Of a DNA stretch of 64,000 nt, positions 11,961-23,285 are shown one piece after another. The notes under the pieces are model-generated. The model did not search any database. It was given only the letters and a program-made list of their open reading frames with translations, and was not told the origin of the DNA. The stretch's first letter is position 1, and each line of letters begins with the position of its first letter. Origin of the DNA: Macrostomum hystrix (taxonomy: Eukaryota; Animalia; Platyhelminthes). A program made the translations under genes and the position numbers. The stretch covers positions 6,820,001-6,884,000 of the forward strand of contig CATNEN010000034.1 in the NCBI GenBank assembly GCA_950097015.1, read 5' to 3'.

Positions 11961-14353
11961 CGAGAACGGAAGCTGCTCTAATGACCGGACTGCCTATCGG
12001 ATCATTTTGACACGTTCTCGGAGTTATGTGGCAGCAATTATCATTTGTCAATACAAAAGTATTATCCGATATTGATCATTTAGAAGATTTTTAATAAGAA
12101 AAAAAAACACTGCTTGTTTAACAAATCCTGAGGAGACGTTTCTGCTGATTAGTAATAGTCCAGGTACCTTGGCTCTATTTACATCACAAATAGAATAATT
12201 CAGCTTTATTTTAAGTAATTTTTTGTTTCATCGAAATGGTAATTTCTTATATTAATTACATTAAGTCCCAAACGGCGTACTGCAGCACAATAGATGTCAA
12301 ACTGAAGTTCTATAATTTTTCAGCCAAATCGGTAAGAGAGTTATTTATTGAAAGAGTTGAAACAAAGTGGCAAGAATTTAAACAGTGCGATAGGTTGTTG
12401 CAAGGCTTGTACCGCCCATCTAATACATTGACTACATGAACGCAAAGTGCGTTTAGATATTTATGTAATCAAAGTTCGGTACTATTCCGCTTTAGTGATT
12501 TTCGCATGCGCGTTAAGCTAGTTCGTAGAATGTTCAGCTGTTCACGAATTCTGTGGGCATGGATTCCCCATTTTACCACGCTAATTCCGTACTGATTCCG
12601 CTGCGGATTCGGCATTTTACTTTCATTTGCGGAATCCGCACCATGCTAGGCCTATTCTATTTTGTTCCTGATTCCCGCATTTTACTGGGTAGGCCCTAGG
12701 GGCCTACTGAATTTTCAGGCATATACTAGCTAATACTATGTGATCCAGACTTTGGGTTGCTGACTCATTATCCTAGGAATAGCAATAGCAGTCTTGTTAA
12801 TTATGAACCACAGACTAGGTCTTTATGTAGGCCTACACCTTGATAGGCCAATATAAAGTTTAGTGATGGATCGTTATTTATTTCAATTATAAATTTAAAA
12901 AATCCTTTACATGAATGCCAAATTATTATCAAATGTGACAATTTTTGTATATTTATTTGGTATTCAATTAAATAGTAGGCTACTAATAAAACAGTGTGCC
13001 ACACTTGAGTATGACTGCCAAGCTATTTTGCCACCCATTTTCTCATAGGGGGGTAACTAGAGATTGTAATCCTGGGATCCTAATCCTACTCCTATAATTC
13101 CTAGTAGGCCTATTCAATCCTAAAACTAAAGTTCCATCCTAAAATGTATTAGGCCTAATTCCTGAATATCTAGTTTTCTAGTCCAAATTATATAGGCTCC
13201 AATGATTTAGAGGGTCATCACTGCCTCATAGTCCCATACTAGTTAAGTACTTTTTCTCAATCTTTCCTTCTCTCTCTGAGTCTCTAGAGACTCCAGAGAC
13301 TCTGGATCTATTATAAAACTATGGATCTATTCAAACACTGGTACACAGTTAATGTATCTTAATTGTTGATAAATGATACTGTGAAAGTCTGGGAATTTCC
13401 TTCAGAACTCAGAGTTCAGACAAACTAAAATAAGCTTGAAAAAAGCATTTTGATTGCTATGTCCTTGACTCCTGCAAAATTGTTGCATAAATGACATTTT
13501 ATTTGCAAATTAGCCAGTTGGCAATTTACATTAAACCCAAAGCTATGATTTTAGACTAGAGTTTATAGTACATAAAATATTTAAATGGCATCAGATTTGA
13601 GTGCCTCTTGAATGAAAAACAACTTTAAGCATGTATTTTGATTTAAAATCCTAACTCCAGAGTTTCAAAATTATGTTTTTTTCTGATTCTATGATTGACC
13701 AGATTCTGGGATTTTGTGATCCCTAGGGGTAACCCCCTGACAAATACTTGTGCTGCAATCAAGAGTTTCATTTGTATGGCTTCAAAATTTGTAGCCATGC
13801 AAATTTATTTGCACAAATCTATGTATCAAATTGTCATTTTTATTTTATTGTCTTTTGTGTTTGATTGACTGCTACAGGTGGCACATTGCTAATAAATATG
13901 AATACATGTATCTATTGTAATTTGTTATACTGTGTTGACTGTACAGATATACTGTGGTGCAACTTATCTAACATTAAAAAATGTTGTACATGTACATCCA
14001 CAGGATCAAGAATGTACATGGCATTATGGACATGGTTCACCATAAAAATAATATACAGTTGTATGTTCTGGCCTTATTTGATTGGATAGCCTTGTGAATG
14101 AGCCATAAAATGCTCAACATGCTAACCGGCTATACAAAAATCTAATTTGCTAATATAGTTGCTAGTTAGGATATTGTAGCTTGTTTAATGAGGACAAATA
14201 TTTACATGCTTGTATTTCAAACAGCCATTACTTTTTCCATAGTATTGCTATAGAAAAGCCAATAAGAATATAAAATTTGCTTAAATTGCAGGTTTGTAAA
14301 GCAAGGCAGAGAATTTTTGTGCCAAGAAAAATAAGAAAACTTGATGAAAGAAA

Positions 14354-16285
14354 ATGTCTAGTGCTGTGTCAAGACCCACCCAGCCCAAATTGGAGCTTAT
14401 CTACTTCCCCATGCGAGCCAGAGGCGATGTGATTCGCCGCATCCTTATAGAGGCTGGCCTGACATTCACAGAGGTTCGCGTAGACATGGACGACAGCTGG
14501 CCTAGTCGCAAGTCGGAATTCCCGTTTGGCCAGCTGCCGGTGCTGCGAGTCGATGATGGTCGCCTAGTTGTGGCACAGTCGCATGCAATCGCCCGCTTTG
14601 CTGCCAGACTCACTGGCAATCACACACTGCTGGGGGACACGCGCGAGACTGCCGCCCTGATCGACATGTGGTACTACCAGGTAGTGGCTACTGTTGACCT
14701 TGTTTTTCTATACTTCACTGTGCTCTCATCCACCCCACCCTACACTCATCCACTCCACCATGCTCTTATCCACCCCACCCTACACTCATCCACTCGACCC
14801 TGCACTCATCCACCCCACCCTACACTCATCCACCCCACCCTATACTCATCCACCCCACCCTACACTCATCCACCCCACCTTACACTCATCCACCCCACCC
14901 TACACTCATCCACCCCACCCTACACTCATCCACCCCACCCTATACTCATCCACCCCACCCTACGCTCATCCACCCCACCCTACACTCATCCACTCCACCA
15001 TGCTCTTATCCTATCCACTCTAATCTCATCCACCCCACCCTACACTCATTCACTCGACCCTGCACTCATCCACCCCACCCTACACTCATCCACCCCACCC
15101 TATACTCATCCACCCCACCCTACACTCATCCACCCCACCCTATACTCATCCACCCCACCCTACGCTCATCCACCCCACCCTACACTCATCCACTCGACCC
15201 TGCACTCATCCACCCCACCCTACACTCATCCACCCCACCCTATACTCATCCACCCCACCTTACACTCATCCACCCCACCCTACACTCATCCACCCCACCC
15301 TATACTCATCCACCCCACCCTACGCTCATCCACCCCACCCTACACTCATCCACTCGACCCTGCACTCATCCACCCCACCCTACACTCATCCACCCCACCC
15401 TATACTCATCCACCCCACCCTACACTCATCCACCCCACCTTACACTCATCCACCCCACCCTACACTCATCCACTCCACCATGCTCTTATCCTATCCACTC
15501 TAATCTCATCCACCCCACCCTACACTCATTCACTCGACCCTGCACTCATCCACCCCACCCTACACTCATCCACCCCACCCTATACTCATCCACCCCACCC
15601 TACACTCATCCACCCCACCCTATACTCATCCACCCCACCCTACACTCATCCACCCCACCCTACACTCATCCACTCGACCCTGCACTCATCCACCCCACCC
15701 TACACTCATCCACCCCACCCTATACTCATCCACCCCACCCTACACTCATCCACCCCACCTTACACTCATCCACCCCACCCTACACTCATCCACCCCACCC
15801 TACACTCATCCACCCCACCCTATACTCATCCACCCCACCCTACACTCATCCGCCCTACCCTACTCATCAACCCACCTTACTTATCTACTCCACCCTACAC
15901 TCATCCACCCCACCTCCTTCTCCAATGTCAGGCCGAGGACGTGTTCGCCGAGTTCATTCCGCCATTCTACCTGGCGCCGGACACCGTGGACCAGAAGCTA
16001 ACAGACAACTGGAGCCGCTGGATGGCCCCTTTCGAGCGCGTCCTGAGTGGCGCAGATCGGCAGTACCTGGCCGGTGGGCCGGACATCAGTGTGGCTGATT
16101 ATCACTTTCTAGACGTGCTGGACATGGCATTCGCCTACGAGGCGCTGAACCATGACAGACTAGGCCTGAGGCAGCTAACGCCAGCCATTAGCAACTATCA
16201 CAACCGGCTGAGTCAGCGTCCCGGCTTACTGCGCTTCGCCGAGCATGTCAAAGACATTCGCTTCACTTTGGATGGGCCCCTGTAA
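14354..16285 (+). CDS. Cytosolic glutathione S-transferase (sigma/pi/alpha-like), 2 exons, 226 aa
   Basis: Exons 14354-14680 and 15932-16285 (CAG|GTAGTG ... TGTCAG|GCC). GST-N motifs LIYFPMRARGDVIR and FPFGQLPVL..D..VAQSHAIARF; GST-C motif YLAGGPDISVADYHFLDVLD. Confidence 0.9.
   Translation: MSSAVSRPTQPKLELIYFPMRARGDVIRRILIEAGLTFTEVRVDMDDSWPSRKSEFPFGQLPVLRVDDGRLVVAQSHAIARFAARLTGNHTLLGDTRETAALIDMWYYQVVATVDLVFLYFTVLSSTPPYTHPLHHALIHPTLHSSTRPCTHPPHPTLIHPTLYSSTPPYTHPPHLTLIHPTLHSSTPPYTHPPHPILIHPTLRSSTPPYTHPLHHALILSTLISSTPPYTHSLDPALIHPTLHSSTPPYTHPPHPTLIHPTLYSSTPPYAHPPHPTLIHSTLHSSTPPYTHPPHPILIHPTLHSSTPPYTHPPHPILIHPTLRSSTPPYTHPLDPALIHPTLHSSTPPYTHPPHPTLIHPTLHSSTPPYTHPLHHALILSTLISSTPPYTHSLDPALIHPTLHSSTPPYTHPPHPTLIHPTLYSSTPPYTHPPHPTLIHSTLHSSTPPYTHPPHPILIHPTLHSSTPPYTHPPHPTLIHPTLHSSTPPYTHPPHPTLIRPTLLINPPYLSTPPYTHPPHLLLQCQAEDVFAEFIPPFYLAPDTVDQKLTDNWSRWMAPFERVLSGADRQYLAGGPDISVADYHFLDVLDMAFAYEALNHDRLGLRQLTPAISNYHNRLSQRPGLLRFAEHVKDIRFTLDGPL
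14727..15915. repeat. 20-bp C-rich minisatellite (CACCCCACCCTACACTCATC) in the GST intron
   Basis: About 59 tandem units with variant blocks. Confidence 0.95.
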
Positions 16286-16626
16286 ATGTAGGAAGCGCAA
16301 CATTGGACTGTAGACTTTGGCATACGCGTTTGTACGCTATTTGGATAACACTAAATTATCAGTAATGCTTGCCGTAGCTTTTACAATGAAGCTTTATTTT
16401 GCTGTGAATTCGCCTTCATTTTTTATTGTTGCTGTAGAAACTATTTTCCGAGATTTATGTATTGCTCTTATAAAATATATACCACTTTTACAAAAATAAT
16501 AATAATATATAACTGCCTAAATGACAAGCCTCTACTTATTTTCCAAATACATATATTTACTAGCATGTCCTAATCATTCTACTCTAAGTAGCAATCAAAG
16601 CAAACTGCTTCTGTTCCTTCGCAGCG

Positions 16627-17373
16627 ATGCTGTCGCCCCACTCTGTGTCCGACCAGCTCAGCGATGGCGATGCCCAGCCTGGCAGCAGCGTTGTCGCTAA
16701 TGAAAACAATCAACTTGACGACACCGATGACCTTGATGAGCCGAATCCGCCGCCGCCGGCTGCTGCTCTTCTTGACGACGCCGATGTTGAACGATGCAGC
16801 CGTGACGACCTGCTGGCGATGCTGCGCGACCTGCTGGCCGATCGGGTTCGCCTACTTCGCCGACATTCGCGCACCGTCGACCAACTTGGCGGCCGGCTGC
16901 GCCTGCGCTCCGACGAGCTGCAGTCTCTCCGACAGTCGGCGGAATCTGTTGGGCGCGAGAATGCCGACCTGCGGCGCCTCCTGGCCGGTGTTGAGTCCGA
17001 GCGGCTGCGCCTGATGGACACCGGCCGGCAGTGGCAGGTGCTGGCCGGCCAGAGCGGCTCCGCTTTGGCCAATCAACTGGGCGACCTGCGCGCCAAGGTG
17101 GCGGGCCTGGAGCGGCTGCTCGGCCAGCTGGACTCCGGGCGCCGGTTGCCAGCCGACGGTCAGGAAGCTTCGTCCTCGTCGGCGGCTCACGTCGCAGTCT
17201 CCGGAGGTTCCATCGACGCTGGCATCGCTCGGCGTCTAGACGCTGTTGAAGCCTCGCTAGCCGACTGTTCAGCATCGACAATGTCGGCAGCCGAGGCGCT
17301 GATGCTGCGGCATTTGCTGACGCTGGCGAGGCAGAAGGCGGCCGGGGGAATGCCAACTAGTGTGACATCTTAG
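16627..17373 (+). CDS. CCDC85: CCDC85-family (DIPA-like) coiled-coil protein, single coding exon, 248 aa
   Basis: ATG ORF preceded by acceptor TTCCTTCGCAG. Segment ENADLRRLLAGVESERLRLMDTGRQWQVL...LGDLRAKVAGLE parallels the CCDC85 core (EN.ELR.L..FLDSERQR....RQWQLF...LAELE), compared from memory. Confidence 0.7.
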   Translation: MLSPHSVSDQLSDGDAQPGSSVVANENNQLDDTDDLDEPNPPPPAAALLDDADVERCSRDDLLAMLRDLLADRVRLLRRHSRTVDQLGGRLRLRSDELQSLRQSAESVGRENADLRRLLAGVESERLRLMDTGRQWQVLAGQSGSALANQLGDLRAKVAGLERLLGQLDSGRRLPADGQEASSSSAAHVAVSGGSIDAGIARRLDAVEASLADCSASTMSAAEALMLRHLLTLARQKAAGGMPTSVTS

Positions 17374-17765
17374 CCACTCCTGTGCGCTGCTAACTTGTCA
17401 CAGCTGTGTCTCAGTGGCCCATTGAACTGTTAGTGCTGTACGGTTCTGCCAACTGAAAGCTTCGTACATAAGATCAATCCGTGTTTTTTGTCTTTTTAAA
17501 TTATAGTTTTGACAAACTTTTCTCTTCGCAATCCGTTTTATTTTGCATGATAAAGTGTTTTGTGTCATGCCTATCTTCTAACAGAAGTTTTTTTGTTAAG
17601 AATGCAATCTATAGTTGTGTAATTAAACTTTTACAGCCCGTCTTTTATATTTTCTCTATAGAGTTTTCGTGTCTGGCTTGCTTTACTTTTTTATGCTTAG
17701 GGATTTTTTTCTCATTTATACCCTAAATTAGCCTGGCTAATGGCTAATCCTGGTATCGATTTAAA

Positions 17766-17895
17766 AGCTGGGTGAACTGAAGCACTGCAGACATAAGTGT
17801 CTTGCTAAAGGACACAATTTGTTCCAGTGGAGTCGGGAATCGAACCCCCGACCTTCAAGTCGTGAGTCGGGCGCTCTCACCACTAGGCTACAACC
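17766..17895 (-). mobile_element. tRNA-derived SINE family A, 3'-truncated copy
   Basis: Minus strand: A-box TAGCCTAGTGG, B-box GGTTCGATTCC, then body TGTGTCCTTTAGCAAGACACTT...TTCAGTTCACCCAGCT shared with copies at 27.0-27.3 kb and 29.2 kb. Confidence 0.85.
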
Positions 17896-18156
17896 TGATA
17901 CTCTAAGTACTCTGAAACTCTAGTAAAAATGTTCTTCTTTCTATATTAATAAGGTAATACGATTTAGTCTTCGAGTTTCCAGTAGATTTTAAAAGAAAAT
18001 TTTGTTTTCGCATATCTGAAGTCTCCTGTTCTGAAGTGTGGTTTTAAATGGCGTCGAGCCAAGCGCTGTTAATGTAATGTCTGAAATTAGTTTAATCTGT
18101 TTCTAACTCGAATGGAATAAAACCGCTACTTAAAAAATACAACGCTCTGTTTTCAG

Positions 18157-18534
18157 TCGCGCCCAAGCGGTACCGGAAGTCCAGCCTTTCCTTTGTCCTA
18201 TTATAAGGACCCCTATTTTCGCGTTGTCTGCCCGTTGCTAGGCAACGCTGCCGCCGCCAGCCTGTCGGTGTGCCTGTACGCCGGCAGCAGGCGCCTGCTG
18301 GGCAGGGACCGGCTGATCAGCCTGGTCATAGCTCTGCTGCCCTCTCCGTTCGCTATGGTCAGTGGCACCCGCTATTTCCGATTCACCTACGTCATTCACC
18401 GGACTGTCCAGCTTCCTAGAGATGCCTCTGGCAGGCAGACAAGCGCGAGGTTTCCTATGTGGGCCGGCATCATCGGCTGGCTGGAGCCCATGTTCGGCCC
18501 GCCTGTTTTGTCATCAGCTGGTTGGAAAAGTTGA
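18157..18534 (+). CDS. Putative small membrane protein of unknown family; no ATG start seen
   Basis: Open frame from acceptor TGTTTTCAG (18156) to TGA at 18534; GC3-rich island in AT-rich DNA; two hydrophobic segments. Confidence 0.4.
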   Translation, partial: SRPSGTGSPAFPLSYYKDPYFRVVCPLLGNAAAASLSVCLYAGSRRLLGRDRLISLVIALLPSPFAMVSGTRYFRFTYVIHRTVQLPRDASGRQTSARFPMWAGIIGWLEPMFGPPVLSSAGWKS

Positions 18535-19057
18535 GCCTAGACTAATTTATTTGTTCATGGTAGTTTTGTCTGAATTAGGCATTTTTTCATAGATTATTTA
18601 CGAATATAATGTTGAATGCTTTGATGGTCCGAAACAGACCAGTCGGTTGGGATCTAGTTGTCCAAAATCACGAAATCTGGGATTTTAAGTTTACAGATCT
18701 GAATCTTTGTCCCAAAATGTAGGCGTTTTGAATTTTGTCCGTTGTGCTCAATTTTAATTGCCATATTGCATACACTGATTGTCATTATGAAATATATAGT
18801 AAATGCAGTTTTGTATTTTCGTTAGGGACATAAAATTCGCTTGTACTCGTTTAATTAAACCAAATTGAATTATTTAATTTCCATAAATTTATTCCGCGCA
18901 TTCCTGCGCCTTCCTAGCTGCCGCCCACGCATCCGAGTCATTTGATGGCAAGATTTTGTAGAAAAATCAAATGCATTTCGCTGTGGCAAGCTGGGCTGCT
19001 GCAGATAACAGCCACGCTTGCAGACATTGTTGTATTTTTGATCCCAGCTGGGAGATT

Positions 19058-19345
19058 CTACAGCTGGATGCAGTTGATGATCTGGCTTGCACTGTTGCCG
19101 CACCTGCTTGCCAGGCAGCTGGCCACGCCAAGCTGGTTCGGGCCGTGCGACAAGAAGCAGATAAGCAGGTTGGTCACCACGCAGGTCACCGAGCTGATGC
19201 CGTTCTGCTGCAGACAGCCGGTGTCAATGCGTATCATTGGCACCATCTTGTGTAGGATGTCGTTCGCGATCTCAGTTCTCAGCTCGGAAGTATAGACGGC
19301 TGCTGACAGGGCCGCCAGAGCGAACAGACAGATCAGCTTGTGCAT
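19058..19345 (-). CDS. Secreted six-cysteine peptide, copy A (diverged paralog, 95 aa)
   Basis: ATG ORF with signal peptide; 61/95 identical to copies C-F with no indels and all cysteines conserved. Confidence 0.85.
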   Translation of the reverse strand: MHKLICLFALAALSAAVYTSELRTEIANDILHKMVPMIRIDTGCLQQNGISSVTCVVTNLLICFLSHGPNQLGVASCLASRCGNSASQIINCIQL

Positions 19346-20026
19346 GGCCGCTGTGCTGTCGGGTGCTTGACGCTAAGGATTAGGACAAATTATTCTGGTG
19401 CTGAATTTGTCGGTTAGTCTTTTCGACAATTATTTTCCATGGACTAAGAAATACTCGGCATTCAGCTAGCCCGAGTTGCCTTCCTTTCGGGCAGTGCAAC
19501 CGCCCACGGCCTTGTCACGACTGACGTGGGACCTTCACAGCTTTATCCAGCGCCCTTATGCTTGCCTGCAGTCCGCTGCCTGGCCTGTCACGATAAAGCT
19601 GTAGATATCCTGGCCTTCTCTTAACTACTAATCATGTCAATGAGACAGGCATTTCGCATTTGACTCTTACTTGCGGCTATTCCTGACCCCTGCTTGTTTA
19701 GCGAACCTTCTGCACTTATGACCGGCACTTTAGGTGTTTAGAAAAATCATTTGAGTCGGCATAAACATGTCCCCGAAATAAAAACTTTAATAATTCAATA
19801 GTAGCAGCACAAAGGGTGCTCACCCCAATTTACGATTTGAAATCTAGACAATTGATGCGAGTCGGACACTACTACTTAATCATCATCATTATTCCATCCT
19901 TCCAACTTAGTGAGTTAAGTTGTTCAGTATGTGACATCTGTGACACTGTCACTAGTTAAGTGACAGAAATGCGAGAATTCTGCATGTCTTTCCTAAATTC
20001 CAAAAGCACTCTTCCGCGTCTTCCAG

Positions 20027-21281
20027 TCGTCGTCAGTCAGCTCTGCGAGCTGGCTTCTCTTTCCGTTGCCAGCGAGCAGAACTGTCCTGGCAGTTGAGCC
20101 GCGCCAATGCAGCCTACTTGCCATCGGCGAATCTCAGATTGCCCTGGCTGAGGCGTCCGGCAGTTTGGCGACCATTCAAACTGTGCGCGAGCTGATCGAG
20201 CAGCCTCTAGGGCCAGGCAAGGACACAGAACTGGCGATCGCTGCGGCTACGTCGAACGCTAATCAACTCCGGCGTCGGCGCTGGTTCGCCCGCGCCACAT
20301 GCGAACTTCTTACCGTCGGGCTATCCTCGGTGGAGTCAGTATCGCCCGACTTCACCGCAGCCACACTGATCAGTGCCGAAGGCATCCGGCTGCGCGTCGC
20401 TGCCCGTGGACTCGACTGTCCTGACTATCGCTTGGTTGACACGGAACTTCCAGTGCCTTTCTCTGGCGGCAGTTGTGGCGAAAGTAGAAGCGGCAGTCTA
20501 CGTCGACTGTTTGATCACTTTGTGGAAGTTTCTCGCTCATTGCTGCCGCATTGGGAGCTACTAGAGCTGCTGGACACTCGCCTGGTGGTGCTTGAACCTC
20601 GACTCCTTGCAGCCCAGTTGAAGGCGGCTCCCGTAATGCAATTGCAGAGGCCGCGCTGCCTTTACAGACGAGTGCTGCTTGCTGAGTAAGACCCGCATTT
20701 CTGCCTTCAGTATGTCTAGTGTCTGACAGTTAGATTGTCTGTCTCCAGTCACATAATTCCGATCCTTCGCATCCCACAGTCGTGCCAGCAGCCTGCTAAT
20801 CAGCCTTGATCCCGGCGCCAGTCCTTTTGCCCTGCCTTCCGTCAGCGCCGCCGGACCGGCTGCCGAAGCCGTAGAGGCCGCGTTGGCCGCTAACGCCACC
20901 GCCTGGCAACTTGGCGTTGAAGGTCATGGCGCTGATAATTTCCTGCGCAATCTGGCCGCCCTGCTTGGCCAGTCGGCCTCCCTGGCCTGGGCCTCGCCAG
21001 CCGCCTCTGTTGCAGCGGAGCTCAATGACGAATACCAGATCGGTAGAATTGAAAGCGTCGATGCTGTCGAGGAGACCATTGATTGCATTATCTGCTACGC
21101 CGACTGCGACGCCGCCGCGGAATGGATCGCTTGCGAGCGTTGCCGGCGCCGCTACCACCGCAGCTGCGCGGTGGAATGGCTGCGCGGCCTGCCGGACACG
21201 CGGCGCGGATTCAATCGGCTGCACGGCTGCTGCCTCTACTGCCGCGCCAGGATCAGCGTGCTTGCTGAGTCCAAGGACTGA
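20027..21281 (+). CDS. FANCL: E3 ubiquitin-protein ligase FANCL, 2 coding exons, start codon unresolved
   Basis: Exons 20027-20685 and 20780-21281 (GA|GTAAG ... CACAG|T). C-terminal FANCL RING: CIICY...CERCRRRYHRSCAVEWLRGLPDTRRGFNRLHGCCLYCRARISV; upstream LYRRVLL..LLISLDP..LP resembles the FANCL RWD region. Confidence 0.85.
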
Positions 21282-21706
21282 CTGCCTGTCCCTAATTAAA
21301 TATCGAGGATCTTCGACCGGAAACCCTAGAAGCTAATGCACGAATATTTTCTTACTTTAGTAGTTTCTGTGCACTTCATCTCCATACGAAGTCCGCAGCA
21401 CTGAATGTTTAGTTTGATTTCGGCTTGTCTGCATTTTTCCAATGTACAATCATCATATTGTACATTGTATTTCTATACCACTTAGTTCCATCGCATTTGT
21501 GTTCAAATTCCTCTTCTTTGCCTAGTAAAACATAAAACAGCTTATGTTATACATCAGCAATACTACGAGCTATTATTGAAATGCTAAGAAAAGAAAATAC
21601 ATTTAGACTAGAAGCAATTTGCAATAACATCGCAATCAACCCGCCATGACTGGCTGCAGCACTATAATTCAAAATATGTATTTCTGAGCTTGGACTAAGC
21701 AATAAT

Positions 21707-21995
21707 TTACAGCTTGATACAGCCGATGATCTGGATGGCGCTGCCAGCCGCACTTGCTGGCCAGGCAGCCGGCCAGTCCGCTGATGTTGGTGCCGTGGGA
21801 GAAGAAGCAGGTGATCAGGTTGCTGACCAGGCAGGTGATGGAGCTGACGCCGTTCTGCAGCAGGCAGTTGGTGTCGATGCTGAGCACGGGAACCATCTCG
21901 TGGATGATGTCGTTCACGACCTCATTCCTCTGCTCAGGGGTGTAGGAGGCGGCAGCGAAGGCCACGAGAGCGAACAGGCAGATCAGCTTGTACAT
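21707..21995 (-). pseudogene. Secreted six-cysteine peptide, copy B, with +1 frameshift near the 3' end (pseudogene, variant or sequence error)
   Basis: 289 bp versus 288 bp; extra base at ~21746 (CTGCCAGCCGC versus CTGCCGCCGC); shifted reading ends at 21669. Confidence 0.7.
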
Positions 21996-22990
21996 GGCTG
22001 CTGTGCTGTGGATTTCGAGAGTGCTTTGGAGCTGATGCGGAGCTGAGGACACGACTGTGTGTTGACTGTGATGATTGGGCTGCTTCAGTCGGTCGCTGAG
22101 GTCTCATTTATGGACTGGCTGAGCTGCTGCAGGTGACGCGGTCTCGGACACTCACGCCGCCCACGGCCTGTCACGCCTGTCAGCCAGTTCCCACTATCAG
22201 CGTGGTAGAATGTAGTTGAATGGCAACTTTTCGTCAATGCTAAATCACCGGCATGCATGATAGCCGGTCTTGCATAGAGCGGCTTTCTGTTATTGGAAAG
22301 AGATCCTGCTGTGCCTGCTGTTGCTTCAAGTTGCAAGTAGTAAAACTCTGATACGACGTACGATGACCACTTGGGTTGAAAAGAGGCACGTATCTTGAAT
22401 CTCAGTACATTGAAAAAGTTTAGATAATCTTTGTCATACGATGCTGTTTAATATTTCTCAGTTTTTTATCGATATTTATTGAGTGAATCTCATTTTCTTT
22501 CTAAGAATCTTGTTCCTTGATTGTCATTTGAGTTTCTTAAATAGTAACGGCAGTTTGTTCTTGCGTTGGATTAAGAGTTGCAGCCTGTAAGCGCGAGCTG
22601 TTCGTTGTACTCCAATCAACCTGCCGCATTGCGAGTGTAGTGGCTAAGGAGCTCGTACAAGGTTGTAACACCTGGCCTTCTCTCTCGCAAGCCATGTCTG
22701 TTCTTGACTTACGTCGTCTACCGAAACCAGTATACAGAAATAACTGAACAGCTGTGTCGATGTTGTCGTCGGAGCTTTAGTCGGAAGACAGCTTTTACAC
22801 TTCTATAGAAGCCACATTATTAAAGCCTAGTTTCGCCATTGAAGAACCGACTTATTAAAGACTAAGTGACCAGACTGTCACATACCGATCAGATGATTCG
22901 TTCTAGTTACAATATATTAAAAGCAAACTAAGGAATGATGATGATCGACACTGGCTGGAGAATGGTGATCTGCCACTTTAGTTGGAGTTG

Positions 22991-23285
22991 AGTGGCAGAG
23001 CGGTCAAAGCCGTTTGTCGCTCGTAACAATGTCGCTAAGCTCGATTCCGTGGGGAGGCCACATGCATTTGGGGCGCAGGCTTGGGGGCTTGTCAATTTAC
23101 GCCCTTGAGAGGCAACGTCCAAGACACAGTGAGAAAAGTCAGGGCAGATGTGTGACTTCGTGCCTGCGTACGTTGTCTATGTGAAAGTTTGCTCAGGAGA
23201 CAGCAAATCGGTCAGAACCGCCTCCTCGCTGGCTGCGGGTCTACAGGCACAAATTGATGTGCCAGCTAGTGCCCACTGGCAAAAA
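22991..23285 (+). mobile_element. tRNA-derived SINE family B, diverged copy
   Basis: A-box TGGCAGAGCGG, B-box-like GCTCGATTCC, body AAAGTCAGGGCAGATGT...GCCTCCTCGCTGGCTGCGGGTC shared with copies at 43.0 kb and 58.4 kb. Confidence 0.75.

Noticed and set aside
14354-16285. 643-aa contiguous GST ORF as the main product
   Set aside because: Canonical GT-AG sites remove the repeat and give a normal 226-aa GST; retention kept only as a hypothesis
16697-17356. Antisense ORFs over CCDC85 and other GC-rich exons
   Set aside because: Shadow ORFs typical of GC3-rich coding DNA; no motifs
17820-17895. tRNA gene
   Set aside because: A and B boxes present but acceptor and anticodon stems do not pair, and it continues into a repeated SINE body
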